A DNA stretch of 37,247 nt from Chiloscyllium plagiosum (taxonomy: Eukaryota), in contig NC_057759.1 in assembly GCF_004010195.1 (NCBI RefSeq), positions 6,114,307-6,151,553 of the forward strand, given 5' to 3'. This document shows, piece after piece, positions 10,956-23,601 of the stretch. Each line of letters begins with the position of its first letter. Position 1 is the first letter of the stretch. Below the pieces are notes generated by a model, which was not told the DNA's origin, made no database searches, and saw only the letters and a list, made by a program, of their open reading frames with translations. Position numbers and translations under genes: made by a program.

Positions 10956-11119
10956 AGTTAAAAATCATACAACACCAGGTTATAGTCCAACTATCACCTG
11001 ATGAAGGAGCGTCGCTCCGAAAGCTAGTGTGCTTCCAATTAAACCTGTTGGACTATAACCTGGTGTTGCATGATTTTTAACTTTGTACACCCCAATCCAA
11101 CACCGGCGTCTCCAAATCA
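10956..11119 (+). mobile_element. Penelope-like short element (family A) with hammerhead core, inserted upstream of H1
   Basis: CTGATGA (10998-11004)-aGGAGC-gtc-GCTCC-GAAA (11019-11022). Partial inverted duplication at the 5' end. 12-bp TSD-like GAGCAACTT[G/C]AA at 10944-10955 and 11120-11131. Confidence 0.8.
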
Positions 11120-11651
11120 GAGCAACTTCAAGGCAGCGTGCTGAGGTCGCAGGGATAATCTGCCGTCAGCTCCCTGCTCCCTCCCTGTGTATCTCTAAAG
11201 GCCTAAACTCTCCGATTCCTCTGAAATTCCGCATTTCCAGAGAGCCAGGCTCGATCGCTCCTCACACTGACATGGGAAGCTTTACGGCTGAAAAGTTTTC
11301 ACTCCAATTGACGGCTCCGTTGTTCAGTTAAACGCATTTTGCTGCTGCACTGATGGCGCTCTCTGAGCTGAACGGTGACATTGTCGCTACTTTTAGACCG
11401 AAATCTTGAAACTAACAAATATATTGCCTTCAAATCTACCTTTGGGGTTTAGAAGGGAAGCAGGGAGATAATTTGAATTGTAAATATTTTTGAGTTACAT
11501 AAGAGAGACTTGGAAATATCATAATGTTAGCGGACACACAAACACAGTTACGTCAGACTAACCGTCCGTCCTTTTCCTACAGTCTCTCTGACACAATATT
11601 CACATTCACATACAGTCACACGCCAGAAAGTGTGGAAGGATAGAATTTCTC

Positions 11652-11699
11652 NNNNNNNNNNNNNNNNNNNNNNNNNNNNNNNNNNNNNNNNNNNNNNNN
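11652..11699. other. Assembly gap (48 N)
   Basis: Run of N. Confidence 1.
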
Positions 11700-12585
11700 T
11701 CATTTCCCAAATAATACTGATTTGGTTCAGTTTTTCGCTCTCACTAAACTCCCAACATTACTACTGTGTTAGTTATGTGAACATCTCTGAACAGAAAACA
11801 ACAGTATGTTAGCGATTTTTGAAGATGTTTTTGTTCCCCATTTTGAACTCCCCTCTTTTATGTTGTAAGTGACATATGGTCCTCTTTACCAACCTATTTC
11901 TCTCTTTACACATTTATTAGTGCTTCAACATTTTTTTTTCTTTAATGGTTTCCACAAAGTTACGGTTTTCTTCATTTGCTCTTTGTTAATCAAATCCATT
12001 TTCGCTGTCATTTGCTGAATTTGGATGTTTGCAGCCTTCACGTCTTTTGCTAAATTTCTTCCCAAATTGTAGGCCTTTTCGTTTCACCAAAAACTATCTT
12101 GAATAGCCGTTTCAAGTTTCACAACATCCTTTCTTTGGAGATAGACCAGAATTGCACATAATATTCCAAAAATGGCATAAACGATGTTCTGTACACCCAC
12201 AACATATTCTCCTGAGTCATATACTCAAAGCTCTGAACAGTAAAGAAAAAAATATCAAATGCCTTCTTTGCTATCCTATCTAACTATAACTCCACTTTCA
12301 AGGAACAATGAACCTGCATTCCAAGGTCTCTTTGTTCAGCAACACTCCACAGAACCTTACTATTAAGTGTGTAAGTCCTGCCCTGATTTGCCTTTTCAAA
12401 TTGAAGCAGCTCATACTGATTTAAATTGAACTCAATATGCCACTCCTGGGTCCAATGGCCCATCTGATCAAGATCCTGCTGTATTCTGAGGTAGTCTACT
12501 TTGCTGTATACGACACCCCCAATTTTTGTGTAATCTGCAAACTTATTCACATTACGTGCAACTTCACAACCAAATCATTCATAAT

Positions 12586-12780
12586 AATGTGGAGGTGCGG
12601 GTGTTGGACTGGGATGTGCAAAGTTAAAAATCACACACCACCGGGTTATAGTCCAACCGGTTTCTTTGGAAGTACAAGCTTTCAGAACATAGACACCTGA
12701 CGGAGGGGCAGCACTCCGAAAGTTTGTATGTCCAAATAAACCTGTTGGACTATAACCTGGTGTTCTGTCATTTTTTAACT
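12586..12780. mobile_element. Penelope-like short element (family A), inverted structure, nested in the CR1 RT
   Basis: Family-A terminus plus inverted arm (ggttatagtccaac ... gttggactataacc); decayed core CTGACGG...ctccGAAA. Confidence 0.7.
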
Positions 12781-13194
12781 AAAATCGTTTATATAAATGA
12801 TGAAAAGCAGTGGACCATGCAGTAATCCTTGCAGCACATCACTTGTCACAGGCCTCCAGTCTGAAAAGCATCCCACCACCTGTCTTCTACCTTCGAACAA
12901 GTTCTGTATCCAAATGGTTGGTTCTCCCTGTATTCCATGAGATCTAATCTTGCTAACCAATTTCCCATGGGGAACCCTGTCAAACGCCTTACTTGAAGGC
13001 CACATAGATCACATCCACCACTTTTCCCTCATCAGTCCTCTTCTTCACCAATTCAAAAAAACTCAGTTGAGTCAGAGATACATGACTTCCCACTCAGAAA
13101 GCCATGTTGACTCCCCATAATCAATCCTGGCCTTTCAAAAATATGTAAATCCTATCTCTCAGAATCTCTTCAACTGTTTGCCTACTGTTGATGT

Positions 13195-13775
13195 GGCTCA
13201 AAGGTAGAAGACAGAGGGTGGTGGTGGAGGGTTGTTTTTCAGACTGGAGGCCTGTGACCAGTGGAGTGCCACAAGGATCGGTGCTGGGTTCTCTACTTTT
13301 ATCATTTACATAAATGATTTGGATGTGCGCATAAGAGGTACAGTTAGTGAGTTTGCAGATGACACCAAAATTGGAGGTGTAATGGACAGTGAAGAGGATT
13401 ATGTCAGATTAAAACAGGATCTTTACCAGATGGGTCAATGGGCTGAAAAGTGGCAGATGGAGTTTAATTTGCATAAATGCGAGGTACTGCATTTTGGGAA
13501 AGCAAATCTTAGCAGGACTTAATGGCAAGGTCCTAGGGACCTACAGGGCAACTTTTTCACACAAAGGGTGGTACGTATATGGAATGAGCTACCAGAGGAA
13601 GTGGTGAAGGCTGGTACATTTGCAACATTTAAGAGGTATTTGGATGGGTATATGAATAGGAAGGGTTTGGAGGGATATGGGCTGGGCGCTGGCAAATGGG
13701 ACTAGATTTGGTTGGGATATCTGGTCAGCATAGACGGGTTGGACCGAAAGGTTTGTTTCCATGCTGTACATCTCT
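13195..13775 (+). mobile_element. 5'-truncated CR1 inserted in opposite orientation within the older CR1
   Basis: FIIYINDLD...FADDTKIGG...WQMEFN.KCEVLHFG, then the CR1 3' tail; the host element resumes after about 13776. Confidence 0.8.
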
Positions 13776-15949
13776 GTTCACTGTTCAATAGTTCCCTGGC
13801 TTTTCTTTACCACCTTTCTTAAATTGTGGCATCACGTTAGCCAGCCTCCAGTCTTTTTACACTTCACCTGTGACTATTGATGATACAAATACCTCAGCAA
13901 TCACTCCCCTAGCTTATCACAGTGTACCAGGATACACCTGATCGGGTGTGTTTTATCCACCTTTTCCATTTAAAAATATCCAGCAGCACCTCCTCTGTAT
14001 TATGGACATTTTTCAAGCTGTCACCATCTGTTTCCCCACATTCTCTCTCTTCCAGTTCCTTCTCCTCAGCAAGCACTTGCTAAGTATCTCCCACTTTTCC
14101 TGTTGTTCCACACATAGGCTGCCTTGCTAATCTTTGCTAGGCCCTATTCTTTCCCTGGTTACGCTTTTAACCTTCATGTATTTATAAAATCTATTTGAAT
14201 TTTCCTTAACACTATTTGCCAAAGCTATGTTATGTCCATTTTTTGCCCTCTTGATTTCCTTCTTAAGTATATATACTCTTTATACTCTTTGAAGGATTCA
14301 CTCAACCTCTGCTGTACTTAACTAAAATATGCTTCCTTCTTATTTGGACCAAAACCTCAACTTCTTTTCTCATCCAGCATTTCCTACACCTGCCAGTCAT
14401 GCCTTTCACCCTAACAGGAACATACTGTCTCTGGTTCCTTGTTTTCTCATTTTTGAAGGCTTCCCATTTTCCAGCCACCCCTTTGCCAGCGAACATCTGC
14501 CCTCAGTCAACTTTTGACAGTTCTTGCATAATACTCACAAAATTGGCCTTCCTCCAAATTAGAAATTTAACTTTTAGATCTCGACTATTCTTTTCCATCA
14601 CAGTTTTAAAACTATTAAAATTATGGTCGCTGGTCCCAAAGTGCTTCCCCACTGAAACATCATTATATCCCAAGAGTAGATCAAGTTTTGCACCTTGTCT
14701 CGAAGGTATATTCACATACTGAATCAGAAAATGTTCTTGTACACACTTAAGAAATTCCTCTCTGTCTAAACTATTAACAATATGGCAATCTATGTTTGGA
14801 ATGTTAAAATCCCTCGCCATAGCCACACCATTATTCCTGCAGATGTAATATCTCCTGACAAATTTGTTTCTCAATTTCCTGCTGACTGTTGGGGCATCTA
14901 CAATCCAATCCCAATAATGTGATCAAACCCTTTCTTATTTCTCAGTTCCACCCAAATAATTTCCATGGATATAAACCCAGGAATAAGATCCCTAAGTAAA
15001 AGTGTGACCTTATCTCTGACCAAACATGTCACTCCCCATTTTCTCTTGCTGGCCCCTCCCCCTATCCTTCCTATAACATTTGATTCCTGGAACATTAAGC
15101 TGCCGATTGTGTCATCCCCAAACCATGTCCCTGTAATTGCTATGATATCCCAATTCCAATCCCATTTTCTAACCATGTCCTGAGTTCATCCTCCTTCCCT
15201 GTTAGGCCTCTTGCACTGAAATAAATGCAATTTAAATTATCAATCCTATCTCAGTCTCTGCTATGTTCCTGTCGGCCATGGGTGTTTGACTTACTGATTA
15301 CCAGTCTCAGATTGATCTCTTTTTTTCACTATCTCCCTGGTTCCCACTGACCTCCCCCCACCCCCACACCTTACCAGTTTAACCCCTCCCCAGCAGCTCA
15401 AGGAAATGTCCCTACCAGTATATTAGATCCCTTCCAATTCAGGTGCAATGCTTCCTTTTTATACCTGTCATTTCTTCCCCAGAAGATATTCCAATGATCC
15501 AAAAATGGGAACACCTCTCCCCAGCAACAGCTCCTGAGTTGGGCATTCCTCTGCTCTATCATTTTATTCCTTCCCTCACTCGCTCGTAGCAGCGGGAGTA
15601 ATCTAGATATTATTACCGGAGAGGACCTCCTTTCTAAATTCTTGCCTCTCTTCCTTATTGTTCCTTCGAAATCTCATCCCTTTCCCTTCCCATGTAGTTA
15701 TTTCCAATCTGTACTCCCCTTTATGAATATCCTGCACTCTCTCCAAGATATCCTTGATTCTGGCACCAGGGAGGCAACACACTGTTCTAATTTCTCACTA
15801 TCGGCCGGGGAGACGTCTGTCTGTGCCGCTGACAAAGAGATTTTAGTTTTGTAATTTGTAAAAGGAAGACCTTCCAAATCGCGACTACTTCCATCTAAAA
15901 GGATAAAGGCAGCTGATGTCAGGGAACACCGCCTTGAAATCGGACAAGT

Positions 15950-16165
15950 TCCCCTCCCAAGACACTCACCATGCTGACTTGGAAATAAAATCACTTTCTT
16001 TCACTGTCACTGGATCAAGACCCTGGAACTCCCTGTTCATGACATTGTGGGCAGCACATGGACAACAGCTGTTCCTGGAGATCGCTGACCACCCCCTTCT
16101 CAAAGGGATGGAGAATAAATGTTTGGCTCAGCCAGCGACATCCACATTCCAGGAGTGAATAAACA
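15950..16165 (+). mobile_element. LINE 3' tail (CR1/L2-like family; related copy at 30375-30895)
   Basis: cactgtcactggatcaagaccctggaactccct...ccacattcc.ggagtgaataaa is shared with 30710-30895. Confidence 0.55.
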
Positions 16166-16789
16166 AAAACAGCTGGCGTACAATACATCACAAGGTTTCT
16201 GTCTGCAGCATACCTGACACTAAAATCTGTCATAAACGACAAACTAAATTGAGTCCCAGAGGTGTTGTTGCACACCTGGTCTGACTTTTCCACGGGCATC
16301 CTGACCCAGAAAGAAGCACTGACACTGTGATGGAAGACTCTCTCCATCAGTTATTTTCTGCCTTTGTAAGAATATTCCACTTATTCCATCTGTATGTTAC
16401 TTTGGGCAAAGAGTTAATATTTGTCAACAGGATTAAATACCACAGTTAACATTCGATCTGACCATACGTTATCGAATAGGGGAACATAGGGGACGGGCCA
16501 AGTGGCCTCCAGTTTCTCCGTTCCCTGATCAGATTGTGAGAGAGCCGGAGGGAGGAGTTATCAACATGACCCAGGAATGAGATGCACTGGAGCTTCATAA
16601 AGGGACAATGTCCCAGTTTGAAACGTTCCTTGCCGTTTCCCCCAAACCCCAGCTTCTTTCGTCAAACTGGGTGAAAGGGGAAATGACCAAATGCTCATTG
16701 GATGCTGCCTGACATGCTGCGCTTTTTCCAGCAATACATTTTCAGAAATGACCAATTGATGTTTGTTTCTGAGAGGCATTAGGAGAGTA

Positions 16790-16847
16790 GCGCATGCGCA
16801 ATGCTGCTCCACTCCCCCTGCTTATTGTTCCAGAGGAGCGCATGCGT
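16790..16847 (+). promoter_or_regulatory. GC-rich promoter with two NRF1-type sites
   Basis: GCGCATGCGC at 16790-16799 and GCGCATGCGT at 16838-16847, at the start of a GC/CpG-richer stretch extending to about 17190. Confidence 0.6.
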
Positions 16848-16869
16848 GAGGCCCTCCCCCAGCGCTGCC

Positions 16870-17738
16870 ATTGAGGGGCATCTACTCAGTGAGTGCAAGA
16901 GGTTTGTTTGAAACAGACCGCAATGGAGAGATCAGCGCCCAGGGAAGCGAGGGTACAGCAGGCTCCTTCCAGCAGCACATCGGGATGGGAGCCTGGGACA
17001 CAGAGGGGGCTCCGAGACCGGGACTGATTCGGGGTGAGTTCAGGGAGAACCGGGGGCTGTTTGTAAGAGGCCGAGCGGAGCAGGAACTGGTCCCGGAACT
17101 TGGAGTGAGCGGGCTGGGGGGAAGAGAGAGGCCTTTCTCGGGCTGTGTGTGGGCCTGCTGAGGGAGGCAGAGCGGGAAGAAGCTGCTGTGGGTCATTCTT
17201 GTGGGTTTTAATCCCCTAAACGCTGATGGAAATTCATTGTTTGGCTTCTATTTCCCGCTGTTTGTTGCGAATAGACATTGAAATAAAGGACAGCAGAAAC
17301 AAATGTAATAACCCTGTGAAGGATAAATATAGCAGGCACCGGGAATCGTCTCAAAGTGTGTGAAATCGTGCCCAGTGTTCGTCTTTCAACAGTTGGTGTA
17401 TTGGGAGTTGGATATTGAACTGTGTAATCATTCCATTTGTGGAGCCGTGCATTTCTTGGTAAGTTTATTTTTATCTTAGTAAAATGTTTTTGAATTTCGA
17501 AAATAGAAAAAGACTGGAAGGAGCTCAGGTCTCGAGTGGAACCAGGATCTGCACTGTTCACCTTACCTTGTTCAAAAACAAAGAATTATAATGATCATGA
17601 CCTGAATATTGCATTGATCATTTGATGTCTTCCTACTCAGCTGCTAGTGATGTACAGGAGGTCTCTCTTTTGTCTTTCTCCAGGCAAATATTTGATGGAT
17701 TAATCCAAGTGTGACCAGCTGCTTCTCACAATCAGCAG
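16870..17738 (+). other. Putative first two non-coding exons of an unidentified + strand transcript (about 16870-17033 and 17684-17738)
   Basis: Donor GGG|GTGAGT at 17033/34; acceptor tctctcttttgtctttctccAG| at 17683/84; donor CAG|GTATGT at 17738/39. ATGs in exon 1 open only short ORFs. The TSS is a guess. Confidence 0.5.
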
Positions 17739-19227
17739 GTATGTTACCACTGTCGGAGAGGAGAATATCCTTTCCTCTGAGTGGATTGAGTCAGACACAC
17801 ATTGAGCTCAATTTCCAGAAGTACACATTCAATCCAAGAGTTAAACACAACTGATGATATATAAATCTATATTATTTCACCCTGTTCTCAATGCATACCA
17901 CCTCAGTGACAGTAAATTCCATTATTCAAAGCCAATTATCATTCATAAGATTAGAGCAGGTTAGACTGTATGCTTGTAATAGATATACATTTAAGCTGCA
18001 TTAACTACATGTGTAGAATAGGCATTTTTAAAATTATAATCAATAATCAATCATGGTGAGAACAAGTATATATGAAGTTGATATTGAGTGCAGATATAGA
18101 AGCAAAGTTGGACATTGAGTAACTGAGCAGGACAAATTTATTCTTTTGGTAAATAGTTGTCCTGTGCAAAGACAATAATAAAACGATGTAAATTCCAAAT
18201 GCACCTCTTGGTCAAGCCTTATCAATAGAGGATGCTTTGAGAGAAGATGCTTAAAGCCCATTCACACATGTGCTTACACATCTGTCTCTGTCTGTTTCTC
18301 AGCCTGGTGTTGATGAAAATACACTTTATCCACACTCCCGTTCTGGTTGAAGGCCTGAGTAATGCAGAAGCATTTCCACACTTTTTAATGTATGAAACAC
18401 TGATTGATAAGACATTAAACCCACCTCATAAATTGCATAGGTTATGACATGCAGGACTGGAAACACAAAGAGACATACAATGTCGGTGTGATATTGACCA
18501 GTACCACTCTTCAAAGTGATACAGATTGGCAACACAACAGAAAACTCACTCACATTTAGCCAGTTAATGTTTAAAGGGAGAAATATGCAAATTAGGCCAA
18601 CAAGTACTTCCAGATATGGACAGTCATAAATTGACTGACCAAATTATTAATCACTTCTGAAGATGTTAGTGTTAGATATTACATTATTGCAGTGCCAAGC
18701 AGCAACTGCACACACAAAATGTAAAATTAAACCTGATATTTAATACGGTAAAATTCAAATTCTTTGCAAAAGTAAGTATTGAACCAACATTAATCCCTCA
18801 ATCACACAGGTTTAGCGAACATTGAACTGGTTTATCCTACATGCTGCCTGAAAAAACACAACTGAACGTAGAAAGAGAATGGCATCCACATACTCGACTC
18901 GTCACTGTTGCACACAGAGCAAAAGTGGTACTATAGGTATTCAAAGGCCGATAACTGCAGAACTAATCTCAAATTGGCATTTACACTGAGACACTGGCAG
19001 TGAGTGGATGAAGTTCAGAATGCCAAACAGTTAGTACAAACTAGTATGAAGAACAGATAAAAAATCGATTGTCCCAGCACAGACACAACAGGCTGAATGT
19101 CCATACCAATTCTGTGATTGAGTTATAAATCACAAAATGCATATGAGTTTAAGGCCCAATCACAACACCCTAAGAACTGCTGTCACAGATATACATCAAG
19201 TCCTAAACTCTGGTATGGACACAACTG

Positions 19228-20121
19228 AAACTGACAGACATCGATTGATTTCTGCTTTCTCATATTCACATTGCAGAAACTGAAAGGGAGAGAACAATAA
19301 TCATGCACATACACATACGACATGTACAGGTTGATAACTAGACTAACACATTCGCATAGCAAAACCTGACAGGTACAGTATGATAAATGAATATGCATAT
19401 TTATAAACAAGAAGCTGGTAGATACAAATTAGTAACTGCACTCTCAGGTGCACAAAGCAGAATCTGACGGGGACAGGTTGGTTAATAACTCACACATGCA
19501 GGTGGTAGTAAATTTCGGAAAAAGATTGATAACTACACTCTCATATTCATAAAGCAGAAACTGACATGAATAGATTGATTATGCTCCCAATTTCAAATCA
19601 CCTAAATTGACGTGTAAACTTTGATAACGACACTCACATATTCACAGAGGAGAAACTGACAGAGATTGATAACAAAACAGAAATTAGTGGAAAATTCACA
19701 GGTGTGGCAGCATTTCAGGTCTAGTGACTGGTCCTCAGAACTGACGGTGGAAAGGAAAATGCACACAATGTGGTCTCCTCTATGTTGGGGAAACTGAATG
19801 TAGATTTGGTGTCCACCTTGCAGAACACCTACATTCTATCCATAATGCACCTCGGATGCTGTCTGACCTGCTGTGCCTTTCCAGCACCACTCTAATCTCG
19901 CTCAAATTTTAACATTAATCTCTCTCTTTGCAGCTTTAATACTGTATTGCAGATTCTGTTCTATTACCCTGATGCATTTTGTATGCTATTATCTGCCTGT
20001 AAAGTGCACAAAACAATACTTTCCATTGTATCTCAGTGCATGTAACAATAATCAGATCAAATCAAATGGATAACTATACTTATATATTCATAAAGTAGAA
20101 TCTGAGAGGTACAAGTTGATA
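19228..20121. repeat. Degenerate ~49-bp tandem repeat, interrupted by TE fragments (about 19673-20067) and running into the gap
   Basis: Unit like ttgataactacactctcatattcataaagcagaaactgacaggtacaga; anchors 19526 to 19575 and 20069 to 20118 are each 49 bp apart. Confidence 0.75.
19673..19900 (+). mobile_element. Penelope-like element remnant including a GIY-YIG endonuclease fragment
   Basis: 19760-19843 translates CTQCGLLYVGETECRFGVHLAEHLHSIH (CxxC...YIGET...EH motif of Penelope GIY-YIG), flanked by PLE terminal-repeat fragments. Confidence 0.75.
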
Positions 20122-20621
20122 NNNNNNNNNNNNNNNNNNNNNNNNNNNNNNNNNNNNNNNNNNNNNNNNNNNNNNNNNNNNNNNNNNNNNNNNNNNNNNN
20201 NNNNNNNNNNNNNNNNNNNNNNNNNNNNNNNNNNNNNNNNNNNNNNNNNNNNNNNNNNNNNNNNNNNNNNNNNNNNNNNNNNNNNNNNNNNNNNNNNNNN
20301 NNNNNNNNNNNNNNNNNNNNNNNNNNNNNNNNNNNNNNNNNNNNNNNNNNNNNNNNNNNNNNNNNNNNNNNNNNNNNNNNNNNNNNNNNNNNNNNNNNNN
20401 NNNNNNNNNNNNNNNNNNNNNNNNNNNNNNNNNNNNNNNNNNNNNNNNNNNNNNNNNNNNNNNNNNNNNNNNNNNNNNNNNNNNNNNNNNNNNNNNNNNN
20501 NNNNNNNNNNNNNNNNNNNNNNNNNNNNNNNNNNNNNNNNNNNNNNNNNNNNNNNNNNNNNNNNNNNNNNNNNNNNNNNNNNNNNNNNNNNNNNNNNNNN
20601 NNNNNNNNNNNNNNNNNNNNN
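20122..20621. other. Assembly gap (500 N)
   Basis: Run of N. Confidence 1.
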
Positions 20622-21234
20622 CCACAAAGCCTTCAATGTTATGACATTTCAAGTGCTGATCCAAGTACTTTGTAAAGGTTGGGAGTTTCCCTGCCAGCCA
20701 GCATGTTCCAACCTCCACCATCCTTTGGGTGAAACAATCCTCAATTTCCCGCTTTAAACCTCCCGTCCTTCACTATAAAATGGCCTCCCATCCCAGCCCT
20801 TGTTACTGACCCTTTGACTATGGGAAACACCTGCTTCTTACTCCCCAGTCCCCTCCCCCCCTCACAGTCTTACACATCTCCACTGGGTTTCTCTCTCAGC
20901 ATTTACTGTTTCATAGAAAATATCCCAAGATTATCCAGCCTCCCTCCCTTCCTCGTTAAAATCCAGGGAACATCCTGGTAAATCGCCTCTGCACACTGCC
21001 TTCTCCATGTAGCGTGCAATTCCAGATTTTTTTGCATTCAAATTCCACCATCTGGTATGGGCGGGATCCCAGGAACACCACCCACCAACACTCTGGATCA
21101 ATAACCTATGATAATACCACCCAGCTATCACCTCCCCAATTGAGATGGTTAACAGTGTCTAATTGGTACAGACTGGATGGAGCGAATGGTCTTTCTCTGC
21201 CTCTGTCTATGTTCGATCCGAGTGTCACTGTTAC

Positions 21235-21532
21235 CTCGCAGTGTGAATTTGATGTAGTCTTAGTCACATTAAAAATGGTGCTGTTGGTTCCTTTGTTGAT
21301 TGCTGCACAATGATACCTCCCGACATGGTCTCTCTGAAATGAATGACCAGCTCCCCACCATTGGCAGTCACATGGTAGCGTGCACTGCCGTTTCTTAGCA
21401 GCAAGTTGTCACGGTACCAAAGGAACTGGGGCTCAGTGCCTTCCCTCCCCTGACACTGGAGAACAAGGCGGCCCCCAGACTGTACCTCAGTTATGTTAAT
21501 GAAGGAAATCAGCGCAGTATCTGTGACAGGAA
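21235..21532 (-). pseudogene. FCRL-like Ig exon, two frameshifts
   Basis: VPVTDTALISF...LVLQCQGREGTEPQFLWYRDN...GELVI/FQRDHVGRYHCAAINKG...NVT/DYIKFTLR. AG and GT intact; 298 nt; frameshifts near 21340 and 21262. Confidence 0.8.
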
Positions 21533-21689
21533 CTGACAGGAACACACCGAGGTCAAAAAGCATGGAGTTTACCCATTGATTGAGACCATCAGTGGGAACC
21601 AGTTTCATCCAATGGTTTTAAAAGAGAGTTTGGGAATTCGATAGATTCAAAAACTAATGTAATGGATGGATGTTATTAAACTGGAGAGA

Positions 21690-22172
21690 ATACCGAAAAA
21701 CAAATTACAAGGATGTTGCAAGGATTCAACACTGAGTTTTAGGGAGAGGCTGGATAAGCTAAGCCCTTTTGTTTTCAAGCGTAGGAGACTGAGGGGAGGT
21801 CTCAAAGAAGTGTATAAGAGTATGAGAGACATGATTGGGGTGATTGCACTCAGTCTGTTTCCCAGCGTTGTGGAGTCGCAGACTTGAGGGCATCAGCTTT
21901 AAGGTTCGAAGGGAAAGAATAAAAGGGAAACCTGAAAAGCAACTTTTTTTTTACACATAGGGTGATATGCATATAGAATGAGCTGCCAGTGGAAGTGGTT
22001 GTAGCGGGTACATCAACAACATTTAAAAGTCATTTGGACAAGTACATGGATAGGAGAGGTTTAGAAGGATATTGTATCAAGTACAGGGACATTGGGTTTG
22101 CGTGGATAGACATTTTTGTAGGCATGGACAAGTTTGAGCAGAAGGGCCTGATTTCTTGCTGTAGGACTCTAT
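21690..22172 (+). mobile_element. CR1 LINE 3' fragment
   Basis: SFRERLDKLSPFVFKRRRLRGGLKEVYK plus the CR1 3' tail. Confidence 0.75.
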
Positions 22173-22206
22173 AATTCTGGTGTCTAAGGTTGTGCTGCTT
22201 TTGTTT

Positions 22207-22392
22207 TGAAAAGTGTGATGCTGGAAACGCATAGTTGTCGTTTCGAGCATAAGCTCTTCATCGCATTCCTGATGAAGAGCTTATGCCCGAAACATCGACT
22301 CTCCTGCTGCACGGATGTTTCCTAACCAGCTGTGCATTTCCAGCACCATACATTTTAACTCTGATCTCCAGCATCTGCAGTCCTCTATCTCT
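22207..22392 (+). mobile_element. Penelope-like short element (family B) with head-to-head hammerhead cores
   Basis: CTGATGA (22269-22275)-agagc-ttat-gccc-GAAA (22289-22292), preceded by its inverted copy tttcgagcataagctcttcatc (22241-22262). Confidence 0.75.
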
Positions 22393-22520
22393 CTGTGTGT
22401 TGCTTTAGTCAAAAGTGTGGTGTTCAAAGACAAAGCACCAGCTTTGATTTGTTCTCAGCAGCAGTTTTCCCTGAGCTGATGGTTCAGTAACTCTTTGGAA
22501 GAGAATCCTTGTGAACTCAC

Positions 22521-22805
22521 CTATCACTGTGATCTCTATGTCTTCACTGTGCTGAGGGCCTGTCACCTCATTTCTCACAGAACAATGATAAAGCCCTTCG
22601 TCCCTCCTGCTGATAGGCTCAATGTTGTAAACAAGCTCAGTGCTGTTGGAAAGCTCTCCGTACGGTTCCACACTTGAGCTGTTGTAGAATTGGTAATAAA
22701 TCGGCAGAGAACCATTGGAGACTGAACAGATTAAGGATCCTGTGTCTCCTTCAATTAGATCCTTTCCGGGTAGAATTATTAGATCTGGTTTTGACACTGC
22801 AATTC
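22521..22805 (-). CDS. FCRL-like Ig exon (D5-like), reading frame intact
   Basis: 285 nt, phase 1-1, tacag|GA...ATAG|gtgagt. IAVSKPDLIILPGKDLIEGDTGSLICSVSNGSLPIYYQFY...DEGLYHCSVRNEVTGPQHSEDIEITVI. Confidence 0.85.
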
Positions 22806-23601
22806 CTGTAATCATGCACAAATGATAGATTTTTTTGGCGGAGTTAATTGCAAACTCAATTATGAACATCATCACAGTCACACAAAAACACATATCCTTT
22901 TGTCTTTTTTCATTCGTTGCGTGTGGATGTCACTGGGTAGTCCAGTATTTATTGCTCATCCTAATTACACAGAGGGCAGTTGACGGTTGTCGGGCTAAAA
23001 TCAACCTTTGGAATTGAATTCAGTTTCTCGCATCTGCTATCGTGGATTTTGAGCCCAGAATATGAGCCGATTCTCTGAATTCTTAGGACATAGAACAGTT
23101 CAGCACAGGGACAGGCCCTTCAACCCAGGGTCACAGTCTAAAGAAGATGGAGTAGGGACTGAGATGGGGATGAATACCTTCACCAAGAGAGTGGGGAGCC
23201 TGTGGAATTCTCTACCACAGAAAATGGTCAGAGACAACATTGAATGTAGTTCAAACATGAGGTGGATAGAATTCTTAGGGCCTAAAGGAAGAGAGCAAGA
23301 GGACAGGGGACTGAATTGGACTATCAGCCACAATCCTAGTGAGTGAGCACATCAAACCGGAAGGACCGAACGGCCTATTGCCATTTACATGTTTCCATAA
23401 TTTTCTGGGTAGTGAATTCCACAGACTACTCACTCTCTGTGTGAAGACATTTCTCCCCATCTCAATCCTAAATGTCAATACCCTGTGCTGTTTCTCTCTA
23501 CCTCTCCAATATATGTCTGTGAGATGTGGGGAGTGATGACAACTTGTCTCTATTCTGAGTCTTTAACAGTTAAGAAACGGACAATGCTAAATGATACTTA
23601 C

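Larger units (their letters stand above)
12130..15700 (-). mobile_element. Long decayed CR1 LINE (APE endonuclease and RT remnants), with nested insertions
   Basis: Fragment ORFs: WDIIAITGTW...IWVELRNKKG; RDFNIPNID...LDLLL...HFGTSDHN; SKAFDRVPHGKL...GPLLFIIYIND; KFADYTKIGG. Boundaries approximate. Confidence 0.85.

Noticed and set aside
20080..20757. Long ORFs spanning 20.1-20.7 kb
   Set aside because: Artefacts of the 500-N gap.
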